Shown here: piece by piece, positions 23,615-36,112 of the stretch
How positions within the stretch are numbered: position 1 is the stretch's first letter
How the letters are laid out: each line of letters opens with the position of its first letter
Source of the DNA: Lama guanicoe
Taxonomy: Eukaryota
Direction: 5' to 3'
Length of the DNA stretch: 64,000 nucleotides
Assembly (NCBI GenBank): GCA_013239625.1
Contig: MU054400.1
Coordinates: 3,355,032-3,419,031 of the forward strand
The notes under the pieces: model-generated
What the model saw: the letters and a program-made list of their open reading frames with translations, nothing else
Databases searched by the model: none
What the model was told of the DNA's origin: nothing
Position numbers and translations under genes: made by a program

Positions 23615-24964
23615 AGCCTCACTGCTGAATCTGCCAGGAGCGGGGTCCTCTTTGCCATGTTCTTCCCATGCAAGTAATACAGCCCTCCACCTTCTTTCTG
23701 TGAATCAGAGGTAGCGGTTGGGCTGAGCAAGGATGACGGTTCCCACTGTTATGGGTGTGATTGAGGAGGTGGTAGTTGAACCCCAAGTCACCCCTGGTCT
23801 TCAGGGCCTCACTCCTCCAGTGTGTGGGGATAAGGAGCTGGGAGAGGCAAGCGAGCAAGTGTTTCTTTAGTTCATGGGGTCCCAGTGTGCCCTCTTCCTG
23901 TTGGTTGCCTCTGCTTTTCGGGCTAAGAGTTCAGGGGAAGGTTTGGTCCAGCTGTAAACCTCCCGGTTGGTTGGCGCTGGCTCACAGCGGCGGGCGGTTC
24001 GTGCCCTCTGGGGCAGGTGTTTCAGAGGCCTGGGTCTGGGTCCTCCACGGGGCCCTGTGGGGTCCTCCTCATGGCCCAGTTCCCTGCAGTCTCCTAGTGC
24101 CCTCAGCTGGGGCCACCAGCATCCAGCGCGCAGCCTTCCACAACTGCTCCCGTAGCTCCCCATTGCTGGGTGCACTGACACCTGAGCATCCCTGCCCACC
24201 TTTCCTGTTTGGTCCATTGGCTCAGCAGACATTGTTCATTGGTAATCCCGCATGCATTGAAGGCACAGGTATGACCACACTTAGTAAAAACAGCCGGAAA
24301 ATGCCACCTTTCTGATATTAAAAAGTTAAAATGGCCAAGATCACTCCAACAAAACGCAACATTGTCGTAGATTCAAAAAGCAAGGAAAGTAAGACTCTGT
24401 GGCTGAGAGCACTACGGACGTGTGCAGTTCTCTCTGAAGAACGCCTGTATGCTGTAAATAGCCCCGCACAAACAGGGACACCAAAACTGGCTGAGCTTTT
24501 AAGCCCAACCGGGTCCAAGCGCCCGGCAGTCATAAAAGACGGCGCTGGGCTGTTTCATGATTTCATCTGCTATGTTTTCATCTCTTTCCCCCAGACTTAA
24601 ACCAAACTATTGTTCCACACTGAGGATCAATCACATGGAGAGCCTTAAAATTCAACCATTCTGCACCATTTGACTTTTCTAAATGAGGAAGGTGTCTTGC
24701 CCTCATCCTTGTGCTCCACTAACTCAAAGGGGGATTAAAATAAACTTTCCACATGTTCACAAACAATCCAGAGCAGCACCTTGAAGCTGATGCCAAACAC
24801 GGAAACGTCTCGCTCCAGCAATAGGAGCGGTGGTCCGTGTTTTTCATCAAAGGGGTCCAGGGGCGGCTTCGTTAGACACACTGAGAGCTCAGCCCGTGGG
24901 AGCTGGACGGCTGTGGGTTGTGCCTGCTTCCCCTCCTCTTCTTTTCTTTGTTTCCCTCCCCTGG

Positions 24965-25522
24965 ATTAGGTTTCTGATGCTACATGTTTAGCAAATTAAA
25001 ATTACTCCAAATGTAGTCAATTTAAACAACATAATGTGTTATCTCAGTTTCTCCCAGTCAGAGGTCAGGACCCAGCTAGGCTTGGAGGGCATGAGGCCAC
25101 GTCGAGATTCATTCAAGTTGTTGGCAGAATTCCTTTGCGTGGAGGACTGAAGCCCCAACTCCTTTGCTTGGGGCCAGGGTCCCCCCACCAGCTCCCAGAG
25201 GCCACCGGCATCCCCCAGCTCACAGCCTCCCGGCTCCACCTCCAAAGCCAGCGACAGCGCTTCCGATCTCTCTGACGCCTCTTTCTGCCTCATTTCTGAG
25301 TCCTCTGCCTTCCTCTCTTGCTTTTAAGGGTTTGTGTGATTACTTCGGCACATCCCGACAATCCAGCATAATGTCCCTATTCTGAGGTCATTTGGTTGAT
25401 TACTTTAATTACATCTGCAAATCCTTTCACCAGTACCTAGATTAGTACTTGGCTGAATAACCAGGGAATGGAAATCCTTGGAGGGGAGTGGGGGGCGACA
25501 TCACTAGAATCCTGCCGACCAC
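24965..25522 (-). mobile_element. MaLR LTR (MLT1E-like)
   Basis: aaattactccaaatgtagtcaatttaaacaac...ttcattcaagttgttggcagaattc...cttttaagggtttgtgtgattac...agaatcctgccgaccaca. Confidence 0.75.
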
Positions 25523-26261
25523 ACTCTTCCTCCCCTCCCATTTACTAACTTGTATTTTTAGTTTAATTTTCTTCTTTGTATAGACAGAGATCCGAGCAAT
25601 TTTAATACAAAGTTCACTTCCTTTCCACTCTTCTGACGTGAGGGGTACTAGAGTGGCAGCACCTCTGCCCTGGCAGGGAAAGCACTGGGCCGGCCACCAG
25701 ATGCGTGGCCTGCGGCCTCGGCAGGGCGTGCATGGCGGAATGGCCGGTACCCGTCACTTCCACCTGCCAAGGCTTGGCTTGCTCGGCTGCAAAAAGGGGG
25801 AGATGAATACCACTCATAGGGCTGCGAGCACAGTGTAACGAGGTAGGGTATTTGCAAATGACTTGTAGCCCTAAACTGCTTTGCACAAGTATACATGCAT
25901 GGATGAACACCCAAACTGGCCATTCCGTTCAAACATCTCTTCTTTTGCAAAGTCTTCTCCAAGAGCAGAGCCCCTGGCACTGGGCATGGGCCGTCCTGAG
26001 TAAAATCGGACCCTCTCGCGGGGGGAGAGCAGAGAACGCTGCTGCCCCAGCAGCTAACGGCTGTGCACACACAACGGGTATCGCACGATGATCAGTGACA
26101 CACAAAGTTGTTTCAGAGAGAACAAGCAAAATCTTACCCAAAATTCCCATCACATAAAATTACACACAACTAGCACTTCTCAGCCTCAGCCAGAGGGAGG
26201 GGTGAGAACTCTGGGTCCCCACCTGCTTAGCCTCTTCCTCTCCACTCCCCATCGGCAGGTG

Positions 26262-26717
26262 TGAGCACACACGCACACACCACACTACACACACACCACA
26301 TACCTTCAGCCACACAGCACACCACATACACACCCACACCACACACAATCACACACCACACACACAATCCACACATCATAGACACTCCCCACATACACAT
26401 ACACATCACTCCCCCGCCACACACACCACATACACAACACACACCATATACACTCACCCTCACCACATACACACACACACACTACATACAAACATACCAC
26501 ATGCACACACACCACATACACCACACATACCATGCAACCACACACTACACCCACCACATATATGCACAACTCACAACACACATCACACATACATGCAGAT
26601 CACACCATGCACACCACATACACATCACACAATCATATACCCCAGCACACACACCACTTACACATATACAGCACACAACATACACACACACACACCCCCC
26701 ACACATCACTCATGCAA
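26262..26717. repeat. Long degenerate CA/CACAT/CACCA low-complexity tract
   Basis: About 450 bp of interrupted CA repeats, which generate the His/Thr-rich and Cys/Val-rich ORFs. Confidence 0.92.
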
Positions 26718-28789
26718 TACCTCTTAACAAGAGATAAACTAGAAATTTTTAGACCAGGAAAAGCATTATGTAAAAATGGTACCATTTGTTCAAATAACTT
26801 GGTCGATAAGGAAATCTGTTATAAAGACAGGGATTTTTTTCTCCGGGAACATGGCCAAAGTCACTGTGACAGGTGCAATGTGCAAGCCTCGCAGGGACCC
26901 GATGGGGGTGCCCCCAGGAAACAGCCGGTCCTGGTGGCGGACACTGTGTTTCTGTCTCTTCGAGTCAAGGAGGAGAGAGCCCCACCCAGAGCTGGAGTTC
27001 TGGTCTTTCCGCAGCCACCCTGTACTCACAGAACCAGAACTTCCTCCTCCTCCGCCCGGATTCGGCCAATAGCCACGACTGAAGTGGAGACACCTGAAGG
27101 TACAAGAGACTCTGGGAGGTGGGATGTCCTCACTCCGGGTGGGGGACGGCAGGGGGAGCGGGCAGTTCAAGGTGCAGGGGGAACTGCAGTCCCAGGAAGG
27201 ACAGACAGCAGGGCAGACGGCCCTCTGGCAACCCCAGGAAGTGGGGGAGACAAAGCAAGGGCTCAGCGCTCCGTTTTCTCTCCTTCCTTCTGATCCGCAT
27301 CTACCAGGCACACTTTTCTGAGTGCCTCGGTACAGACACTGAAGCCGTAGCCCACCCAGGGGGTGCTGTCCCGGACCCCACGGGCCAGTGGCAGGCAGGC
27401 AGGCAGGGCCCCGCTGGAGAGGATGGGGGTCCGGCCCCACTGTCTCCCGGTGAGACAGGAAGGCGGCGCCTGCCGGCCTCACAGATTTCCCAGACCCCGG
27501 CCCCAAAAGGGAGACGGTACAGACAACAGGAGCCCCCAGGTCCTGAATTTCCTCCTCCTCCCTCTCCCTCTCCGCCCCCATCACCCCCTTGCTTCCTTTC
27601 CCTCCTCATCAGTCCCACATAGTCAGTCCACAGATGCTAACCCAACATTTCCTTCCCCAGTCCCACTGAGACGGCTTCAGAGTTCTGGTTCTGGGAGGTG
27701 GTGAGGCCAGTTCAGTGTGAGATCGATAGTGACAGCGATGTTAGTAATACTAACAGGGCATAGCACCACTTAGGACGCTAGACGCAGTTTGGCGATCAGT
27801 CCTCAGCCTCACGCGGCGAGGAGGCTCCGGGTCCCAGTCTTGGCCAGCGCGGGCACTCGCCGGCCGTCCCCGGCCACGCAGCGTGACAGACCGCGCCAGA
27901 CCGCGGTGGCCTTCAACCACCAGGACTCAGTCTTGCCGCCAGCGGTCTGCAGACCGGCTTTGGTTCCGCGGGTGTAGCCTGGCTCAGCCGGGTGGGGGTC
28001 TGCGTCGTGCAGCCCGTGAGCGGGGCTGGGTTCCATGCGCTTTACTTTGCCAATAACTCAATCATAAACGAATACAAAGGTGGAGTGTTTAGGTCATCTC
28101 ACTCTTGTTTTGTATTACAAAATGGCTATATTCTTCTAACTAACAGTCAGTCTAGAAAAACAAGTATTTGTGGGCTTATTTCTAAAGCTTAGGTGTTGGC
28201 TCTGTCAGTTACAGTCATAATGAAACTGCAGAATAAGTTATCTTCCCAGTAAAAACATAAATTCTTTCAAGAAAGTGGAACAGAAATGCACTTTAGGTAA
28301 GTCAGTCTGAGACAAAATGCAATTTTAGTAGGTGTGCTAGACAAACCTCTTTTCCCTCACCATCACAGACAGAAAAGCCACTGGAAGAGAAAGCAGAAAA
28401 GACAGAGGAAGGCTCGTACTAAACCACGACCTATTTTGTTGAACATAAAATAAAAAAGACCCAGGGTCTCTTTCCTTTAAAAAAAAATATAAAATGGTTA
28501 GAAACAAAAATTAGATGTAACCCCTTCCTCCTAACACTCATACGAATACTGATTTGGAAACTATGAGGATCGTTCTATGGGTGGAAAGAGAAGATGTTTC
28601 CAGCATGATGGTTTTCATAAAGCCCTCGGGAGACTGTCACACATGCTAGATACTGTCAGGTGCAGCTCTGCCCGCCCTCCTTAAGGACCCTGCGGTCCGT
28701 GGTGATAAAACAGGTGTGCCTCTCCCCAGTGTCATCAGACTACTGACACAAGGCTGCCGGGGCTGGTCTGGGAGAGGAAGCACGGGGTG

Positions 28790-28950
28790 GGTCTGAGCCC
28801 CCGCTCTTACACCCTAGCACGTCCAGGCAAGTCACATGGCCTCTCTAAGCCCCAGCTCCCCACGTAGTAAATGAAATGCTGATGTATCTGTTCATTAATA
28901 GTGTTTCCGTGATCCTCAGATGAGGCAACTTTGAGAAAAGCACTTCTTAA
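28790..28950 (+). mobile_element. MIR fragment
   Basis: caggcaagtcacatggcctctctaagccccagctccccacgtagtaaatgaa. Confidence 0.6.
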
Positions 28951-31900
28951 ACTTTAAAGAACTGTTGAAATGCTTATCTATAAATCTCACGTGGCTGAAA
29001 GGCAGGGATCTGCAGTTCCAACCAGTGGCTGGTTGGAAACAGCTTTGAAATTGGTGACTGAGTAATACTAAAATTTTATCCGATGACAGGTGCTCACTGG
29101 TCTAACGGACGTAACTCAGAGAAGGGGTTCTCTGTTCCCTGTCAGCCTGCTCCCCGCGTCCACCTTGTCAAAAGGACACACCATCGGAGAGGCGCTTGCT
29201 TTCTGTGTTAATAACGTCTGTGTCCTCCGCTACGACTACAGAGATCTCAAAACGCTGAAAAGTCAGCTCTTGGGATAATGTCATCTCTGAACGAACCAGT
29301 AACAGGTCTCATCACTGGAGGAAATAACCCCCTGAGTTTTGAGCAGGCAGTGACAAAAATATGGCTCACTTCTGGCCCAGGAAACCCTGTTGGTAGACAT
29401 GAAATAAAAATGAGTTTGTCCGATGTGTGTCACTGGGCATCTGCTGGTTTTGCCTTCCCAGGGTGTCTCTAACTTCTCCTAGGACGGGTGCTTCGGATGG
29501 AGTCACCAGCTCAGTGATGGACACTGATGGTTGCTGGGTTTTCAGACAGGTTTCAGACATACATTCCTGTGTAACAGACGGATCCTTTCCAGTAACAGGA
29601 AATTCAATGGAAATAGCCTAAACTCTGAAGGCTACTTATAGGCCCATGTAACTGATGCAACCGAGGCTTCACATACGGCTTGAGGTGGGGCTCAAGTGAG
29701 GGAAGGACCTGATTTCCCCCAAGGCTGGCCGTCGCAGGAGCGCTCTCCCCTCAGGGCTGCATGGCGGCTGCCAGCGGTACATCCCTATACCAGGTAAGGG
29801 TCTTTGTTCCAGTACTGCCTTCAAAAGTCCTGACCTTCATTCTGTCTGTACTGGCTGAGATGGTGCGCCTGCCCCAGACCAGTCCTTGTGGTCAGCAGAC
29901 GGAACGAGCTGGCTGGCTTGGCTCAGGTCACGGGCTCCACTCCTGAGGTTGGCAACCTCAGAACATGGACCCCGAACGCCGGCTGGGGCAAAGGGGACAC
30001 TGGAAGCGTATCCCCTCCATCCTGTGAGTGATCTGGGTCAAACAGTGGTTTAGTTTTTGTTGTTTTTTTCATCTTGGGTAACTCTTCAGGAGGGGGAAAT
30101 AAAGGTTGGCCCTTTATTTATTATGCATTGGACATTCTACTATCTTAAATATAAATTATAATCCTTTAAAATTAAAACTTTTAGATTCTGAAATTTATCT
30201 TTTTATATAAAAGTACCCAATTCATTCACTCTGTTTCAAGTGCCCACATTCTGAGAGAAAAAGAAAACATGAAATGTCAAACATTTCTAAGAACTGATAG
30301 CAGATAAACAGGAGAAAAAAACAATCACATAGACAACATGAAGAATAGGAAGGTGTAAGTAATTTTTTTAAAAGTCATGACATTGTAAATAGTGTACATA
30401 ACCCGACTTTACTACTTTACTGAACATGAAAATAAATTTTCAGTCTTAAGATCCTCTACTTAATTACACCTTCAGCTAGAGAAAGTAACGCTTACAGAGC
30501 AGTCAATCTGTTTTCAAAGGTGCTGACTTATTAAACTCTAGACTTTTCTATTTTGTCCATAATGAGCATCTTTACTTTTGTTATTTCTTCATATTTGCCA
30601 TTTATCACAGATCTTCATGTGGCTTAAAAGTGCATTAAAATGTTTGGGAGATCAGCATCATAATTACTTGACCGGATTTTTCCTACTGCTCACCTCATCT
30701 TCTCCTGGCAGGCTGGCAGCGTCTTTGAGATGGATAGTGTAAGACATTTGGTATTATAAAGAGAAACCTTTCTAAATATTTGGAGCCAAATCTCTTCAGC
30801 CCTTTGAAGCTGTCTGGGTTTACAAATACAAGGGCACTAAAAACCTGCTTCCACTTCACAGGAGTGAGTATGTCGTGCGCAAATGCACATACCTGGAGAT
30901 GCCGTCAGTGCTCGCCAGTGTCAGCCGCGTAATCGCAGGCTCCCAGATACCACGCTGACCAGCCTGCATGATGCCTCAGATGACACCATCTGAGGGCCAC
31001 TCATTTTAATTTAGGCACTGCATGTTTACCTACCTCAAACGGAGAAAAAAAAGTTTAATGACTCAGTGCCCCCAACAACCAGCCAAGCTCTGAGGACGTA
31101 ATCAGATTTGGCAGAGGGTGCCAGTAGGTCCAAGAGCCTGGGTTTAAAGAAGGCTTATGAGGTGGGACAGTGAGAGTAAGTGGCCACGGGCCTCGCTTAC
31201 TGCGCAGGGTCTAGAGAGAGGAGGGCACCACCACGGCAGACTCCCCTTTGGCCAGTGTCAGCCCAGGACAGGTCAGCAGAGGTGCTTTGTAAGTATCACT
31301 AACAGTGGAAAATAACTGAAATGTGACATTTCAGGGACTGAACCTTCAGAATACTGATTCTCATAAAGAAAATGAGACTTTCTTGAGTTTCCTTTTTTCT
31401 ATGCAGCAATTTAAATACAGTTTAACCAGAGAAATATTTACTTATTAAAAATTACATTCTGCTCTGTAAAGTAGAACAGCCTTTCAATTAAAATATTGCT
31501 TCAACAGGTTTTTCCTAATGGAGAGAACTGGGGTTTACATACAGCTACTCAACCTTCACCAAAATAAGAGAAAAATTCACTGATTTTTCAATTAATATTT
31601 TGTAATGATTAAAATACATACATAGGAAAACAAAAAGATCTATGAAGATACATTTATAGTTTCATGACTGTAATTTATTTTGGATCATGCACAAAAACAA
31701 TTTCATCAGTACAATTATTATATTATCCATTTCAGTGCTTATAATAATACGATCATCTTAATTTGTATGCTTGAAATTTGGAAGTATCATAATTCATTGC
31801 GGCCAACGTGCTATCTGCAGCGGAACTCCAGCTTACTCCTCTACTGTAATTAGGATTCAGACAAATGTCCAGCTTTCCGAACACCACACAAAAACTGGCA

Positions 31901-32262
31901 GAAGTGGCAGAAACTGATTAAGAGAGGAAATTAATGCAGAACAAAATCCAATGTTCAAACAACACTACGCAATAAAGGAAAAGCCGATGTGAACCAGAGG
32001 TTTTTGCCTGGTAAATTTTACAACTCAGGTGAGACTGACCCTCAGGCTTGTACCATTCCTCACTTCGGGGGGCAGAGCAGCATCTCCTTCTATGGTAAGA
32101 ATATGAGGCTAGTGGTCAGGAGGCCTGTGACCTTACTTGATTTCTGCCTATTTTCTTGATTCTGCACATTAGCTTGATCTAACTGATCCCTGGTGCAAGT
32201 TTCCCATTCATAGGTCCTACGATTCCTTGGAAACTGTGATGCCGAAAGAGAACCAGATCATA

Positions 32263-32425
32263 TCAGTGGCTCTTATAATGTGGTTCCTCACCACTGAGAA
32301 TTTTTCAGAAATGCAAATTTGGGGGACCCGCCCCAGGTCTACAGAATCAGTAATCTGTGTTTTGAGACGCAAGTCCCCCAGGAGGTTCTCATGCACACTG
32401 TATATATAGTTTGAGAACCACTGGA
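32263..32425. mobile_element. MER5A hAT MITE
   Basis: cagtggctctt...agaaatgcaaatttgggggacccgccccaggtctacagaatcag...ttctcatgcacactg...gtttgagaaccactgg. Confidence 0.8.
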
Positions 32426-34059
32426 TTAGATCAAAGCTACAGTTGAGAAAGTTACAGTTCCAAATGCAAGGTAAATTAAATAAATCTAAATTCCATCATT
32501 AGACTTGGCTGATCAGCTACATATTAATTTTGGGGATTATGGCATTGAAGGCATCTCAATTATGCTTTGAAAATCCTAAAAAGACAAGAACCACGGATGT
32601 AAAATTTAGGGCATTTTTAGCTACTGATAGCCACTGAAACTTAGTGTTACCCCTAATTAGGAAAGTTAGGATTTTAAATTATTTATTTTTCCAAAGCTAT
32701 GTATTGTTAAAGAAAAAAGTCTTTCCCTAACTATAAGGGCTTTCTTTTCAATCCTATGAATAAATATTGAATCAAAGGCATATTCAGGTTTATAACATAT
32801 TCTTAAAGATGTGCTTCATTCATATAAAATATCACAGCACACGTGGTAAGGGGTTTTTACGCTAATGTAAGAAACATGTTCCGAGTTTTTCTGCACATTC
32901 TAGTAACTACAGTTGCCTTTCTTATGTGACTACCTTGGTTTTTAATTTCTAGTTTTGCAAGATCCAAGAAAAGTTTACATACAGACACAGTGGCTCCATA
33001 ATCCGCCCTCTGAAAAAAATTATATGTCTAATTACTTCAAATATAAAATATGTGAATAATAAATAACTTTATGACTCATTAGAGAAATTATTAAATAAAT
33101 AATACTTTACCTTGCTAACACTGCTCTCTCCTAAGCCAGGTCACCACACACTAAGAGGGCTGGCTCAACTTCCCAATCTATTTAGTCTTTATTTTCTGAG
33201 ATGAATAAGAATTAGGCTATTTTGAGAAAAGACCTCATCATCAGTGTTCCATGCTATGTTTCTAAACGCCGCTCCTCTGACACCAAAAAGAGGCTACATT
33301 GTGGATGAACTGCCTCAAATAAAACAATGAAAGTCACTGATTTGGAAAAATGCAAAAATCTGAAGCACTCTTCTATAATTTCTTTTCCATCATTACAGTT
33401 TTTTTTCCCCAAGATTTTAAAACATTCTCTTCAGAAATAAGTGAAGATAATGTGCCAAAGCGAAGCACCCGAGTCCTGCTAAAAATCTATTCACGAGGTA
33501 TGTTTTTGGATTTGTTTTGTTACTACAGAAGCTTAGTTCTGAAAGCGTTTATCCAAAAGTCGCTGGGCTTGTTTTATTTCACACCAGGACAAAAGTCACT
33601 CCTGCAGCAGGACAGCTCGAACTCGGGAAGATGTCACGACAAGAGAAGCCTGAGGTCCACTGCCGTCAGCCAGGACTCGGTCCCCAGCGTCGGCCCGCCC
33701 TGCGTGAGCTCGCTTCGGGAACCACTGACAGCACAGCTCGGCAAGCGCTACGTGAGCTTAATACACACTCACTTCACACCGGGTCGCATCTTCACTGCAT
33801 TTTTAAAGCTTTTTAACAAACTGACCGCAGTGGTAGACTTTAGCTGCACCCATGAGTCGATTTTAGAGAAAAGAGCTGTTCAAATATACCTTTTCTGACA
33901 AGGAGAGGCATAAACTACACCTGCACTAGTCAATCAAGTATTTTTCAAAACAAATTTTTATCCGTGTGGTCAGATGTTGGATTTTTTAATTTTTTTTCTA
34001 ATATTCCCCCCAAAGACTCTATAAACCAAATAATCTGAGCTGGTTAAAAAGGATGACGA

Positions 34060-34628
34060 AATGCAACATTTCATATAGTTTTTATTTGCTTAATTTGGTA
34101 AATGTAGAATGTAATGGTTTCAAGGCAAACTCTGGATTATCACTCACAACTCAACAGTGAACATGATTCTGAAGAACAGTCTTATCTTCAATATCTACCC
34201 ACCCTACACAGACACAGCTACAGAAATCCAGGTACACATATATTAGTTTTCAACAACCCAGGATTCTCAACAACTCTAGAATTTAGATTTTATATTCTTA
34301 CACACTTCAAAATTATCCATTTGATGCAGGATATACCCTTAAAAAGATAAAAATTCATGCAATGATATGCAGGTTTTAAAAAAAAAGGAAATCCAATATT
34401 TGATAATTCAATGCTGTATAAAGTGCATTGAACATCTAAAATAAAACAAGTGCCAATTTTATCATGAATTAATAACATATTTATTGTCTTGAAACCAGAC
34501 GGGCCCGAGTTGCTTTCTGTCTTTCTGAGTCAGCGCTCTATAAATTCATTTCTCTCAAGCTTCTCTCAAGTGATAAAAACCAAGATATTTCATTTCTTCT
34601 TTGCAGTTAACAAGAGATGGCAAAGGGC
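34060..34628 (-). other. AGTPBP1: AGTPBP1 3' UTR (proximal form; end approximate)
   Basis: AT-rich sequence after the TGA, with minus-strand AATAAA at 34480-34485 and 34081-34086. Confidence 0.65.
34081..34086 (-). terminator. Probable polyadenylation signal AATAAA of AGTPBP1
   Basis: Plus-strand TTTATT about 545 nt past the stop, followed on the minus strand by TGTTGCATTT...TTTT U/GU-rich sequence. Confidence 0.55.
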
Positions 34629-34806
34629 TCAAGGTAGGTATGTTCTTGATAATTCGGTGTCAGAAAGTACTTCTTCTTGTGCAGAAGGTTCGTAGTCTCC
34701 TGGGTTTTCAGCCAGTTCCATGTCTAACTCATCATTACTTTCTGCACTGTAATCAACCTCTTCAAGGAACCGAGGCTCATCTTCGTCCAAAACATAAGTG
34801 GTGGGA
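34629..34806 (-). CDS. AGTPBP1: AGTPBP1/CCP1 terminal coding exon (acidic tail and TGA)
   Basis: Acceptor ggctacag|T completes the Ser codon AG|T. Translates as [58 protein letters not shown], with the stop at 34629-34631. Confidence 0.97.
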
Positions 34807-36058
34807 CTGTAGCCAAAGCACACAGAACACACGAGCCTCATTAGGGTTTAAGGTACTAATACAAGTCTGACCACACTGGAATTACCTTTGATTTCAATAT
34901 AAGTAACTTGGGTTAATTTTTAAAGTGTTATCCAAACGAACAAATAAAGAGATTTAAAATAGTAAAAATCTTTTTCATTGATAATAAAGGGTGAAATGTT
35001 TATTTTTAATTATCTGACAAGAGAGTGTCAATATATATCCTTTAGATCACTACCAGAAACAATGGACTCTCATTAGATTACTTCTTTGAAGGATTTCACC
35101 AATTTGTAGGCTTAAAGGTTCACTTTAATCACTATAAATCAGGCAACAGATAATTTCAATAGGCTTTATAAGAAACTGTAGTATCTAATTGGTTCCCCCA
35201 GTAATGCCCTAAAACCACTTATTCTAAGTCCATAAAGTAATTATTTGCCATAAAAATAGCTCACATACCCATCCGCACAGTTTCCATTGGTCAAGAATAA
35301 AAATGAAAAAAAAATGAACACTCCACACCCAGATAAATTACTTTCTCTCGGGACACAGAATAAGATACTTGCTTAAAAGCACCAAGTGCTTCTAAATATT
35401 TCATTAGGTAGGCTGTGTGAGATTAAGACAGCCTTGCCACTGGGGTAACATATTCTTTCCTCTTCCAAAAAAAAAAAAATCACAGTATTATGATTTCTCC
35501 CCATTTGGGAGATTTTACACCCACACACACACACACACACACCCACACACATCCTCTATCAAAGAAGCACTACAGAAACATTTCTATGCCCTATTTTGTG
35601 ACCAAAATTGTCTTAATTTCACATAGATGTATGTTTGTTTATATTCCCCCACTTCCAGAAGGGATTTCCCACTGCTGATGGAATTAAAAGCTATAAAGTC
35701 AGACAATAAAAAGGGAACAATAATCTTTTTAAATGAGCAGAGAAGCAGGTGTTATCAGGCACCTAAAATGAAAGAATTCCTGCAACTGAATGTTAAATTT
35801 AGTTCAGCTATCTGGAAGTTTGGGCAGGAAAGATAAGTTAACGGATTATATGGTTCTAATTTTCTGAGAAGGCAAAACTCACCCAGTGAGACTGTCTTTT
35901 CTCCTAGAAGTGCTTTAGTCTTGCTCATTAAAGAAAAGACAAAAATACATTGCAAAACCGCCTCGATCTTCCTCTTAAACATCCAGACCTCGCACCACGG
36001 CAGAGCAGTCCTGATGAGTCAAGCTGAGTGACTCGGAGGACTGTGTAAGGCTGTGTAA

Positions 36059-36112
36059 CACATCTAACATTCACAAGAACAGTTTCACATCTAACATTCA
36101 CAAGAACAGTTT
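36059..36112. repeat. Perfect 27-bp tandem duplication
   Basis: cacatctaacattcacaagaacagttt occurs twice (36059-36085 and 36086-36112). Confidence 0.95.

Noticed and set aside
26160..27704. Long overlapping ORFs (up to 264 aa), including His/Thr-rich and Cys/Val-rich ones
   Set aside because: Produced by the CA-rich tract and stop-poor GC-rich DNA; no recognisable domain or coherent exon structure.
33350..33898. 182-aa plus-strand ORF convergent with AGTPBP1
   Set aside because: No recognisable homology or domain, and it spans a CpG-rich patch; probably chance.
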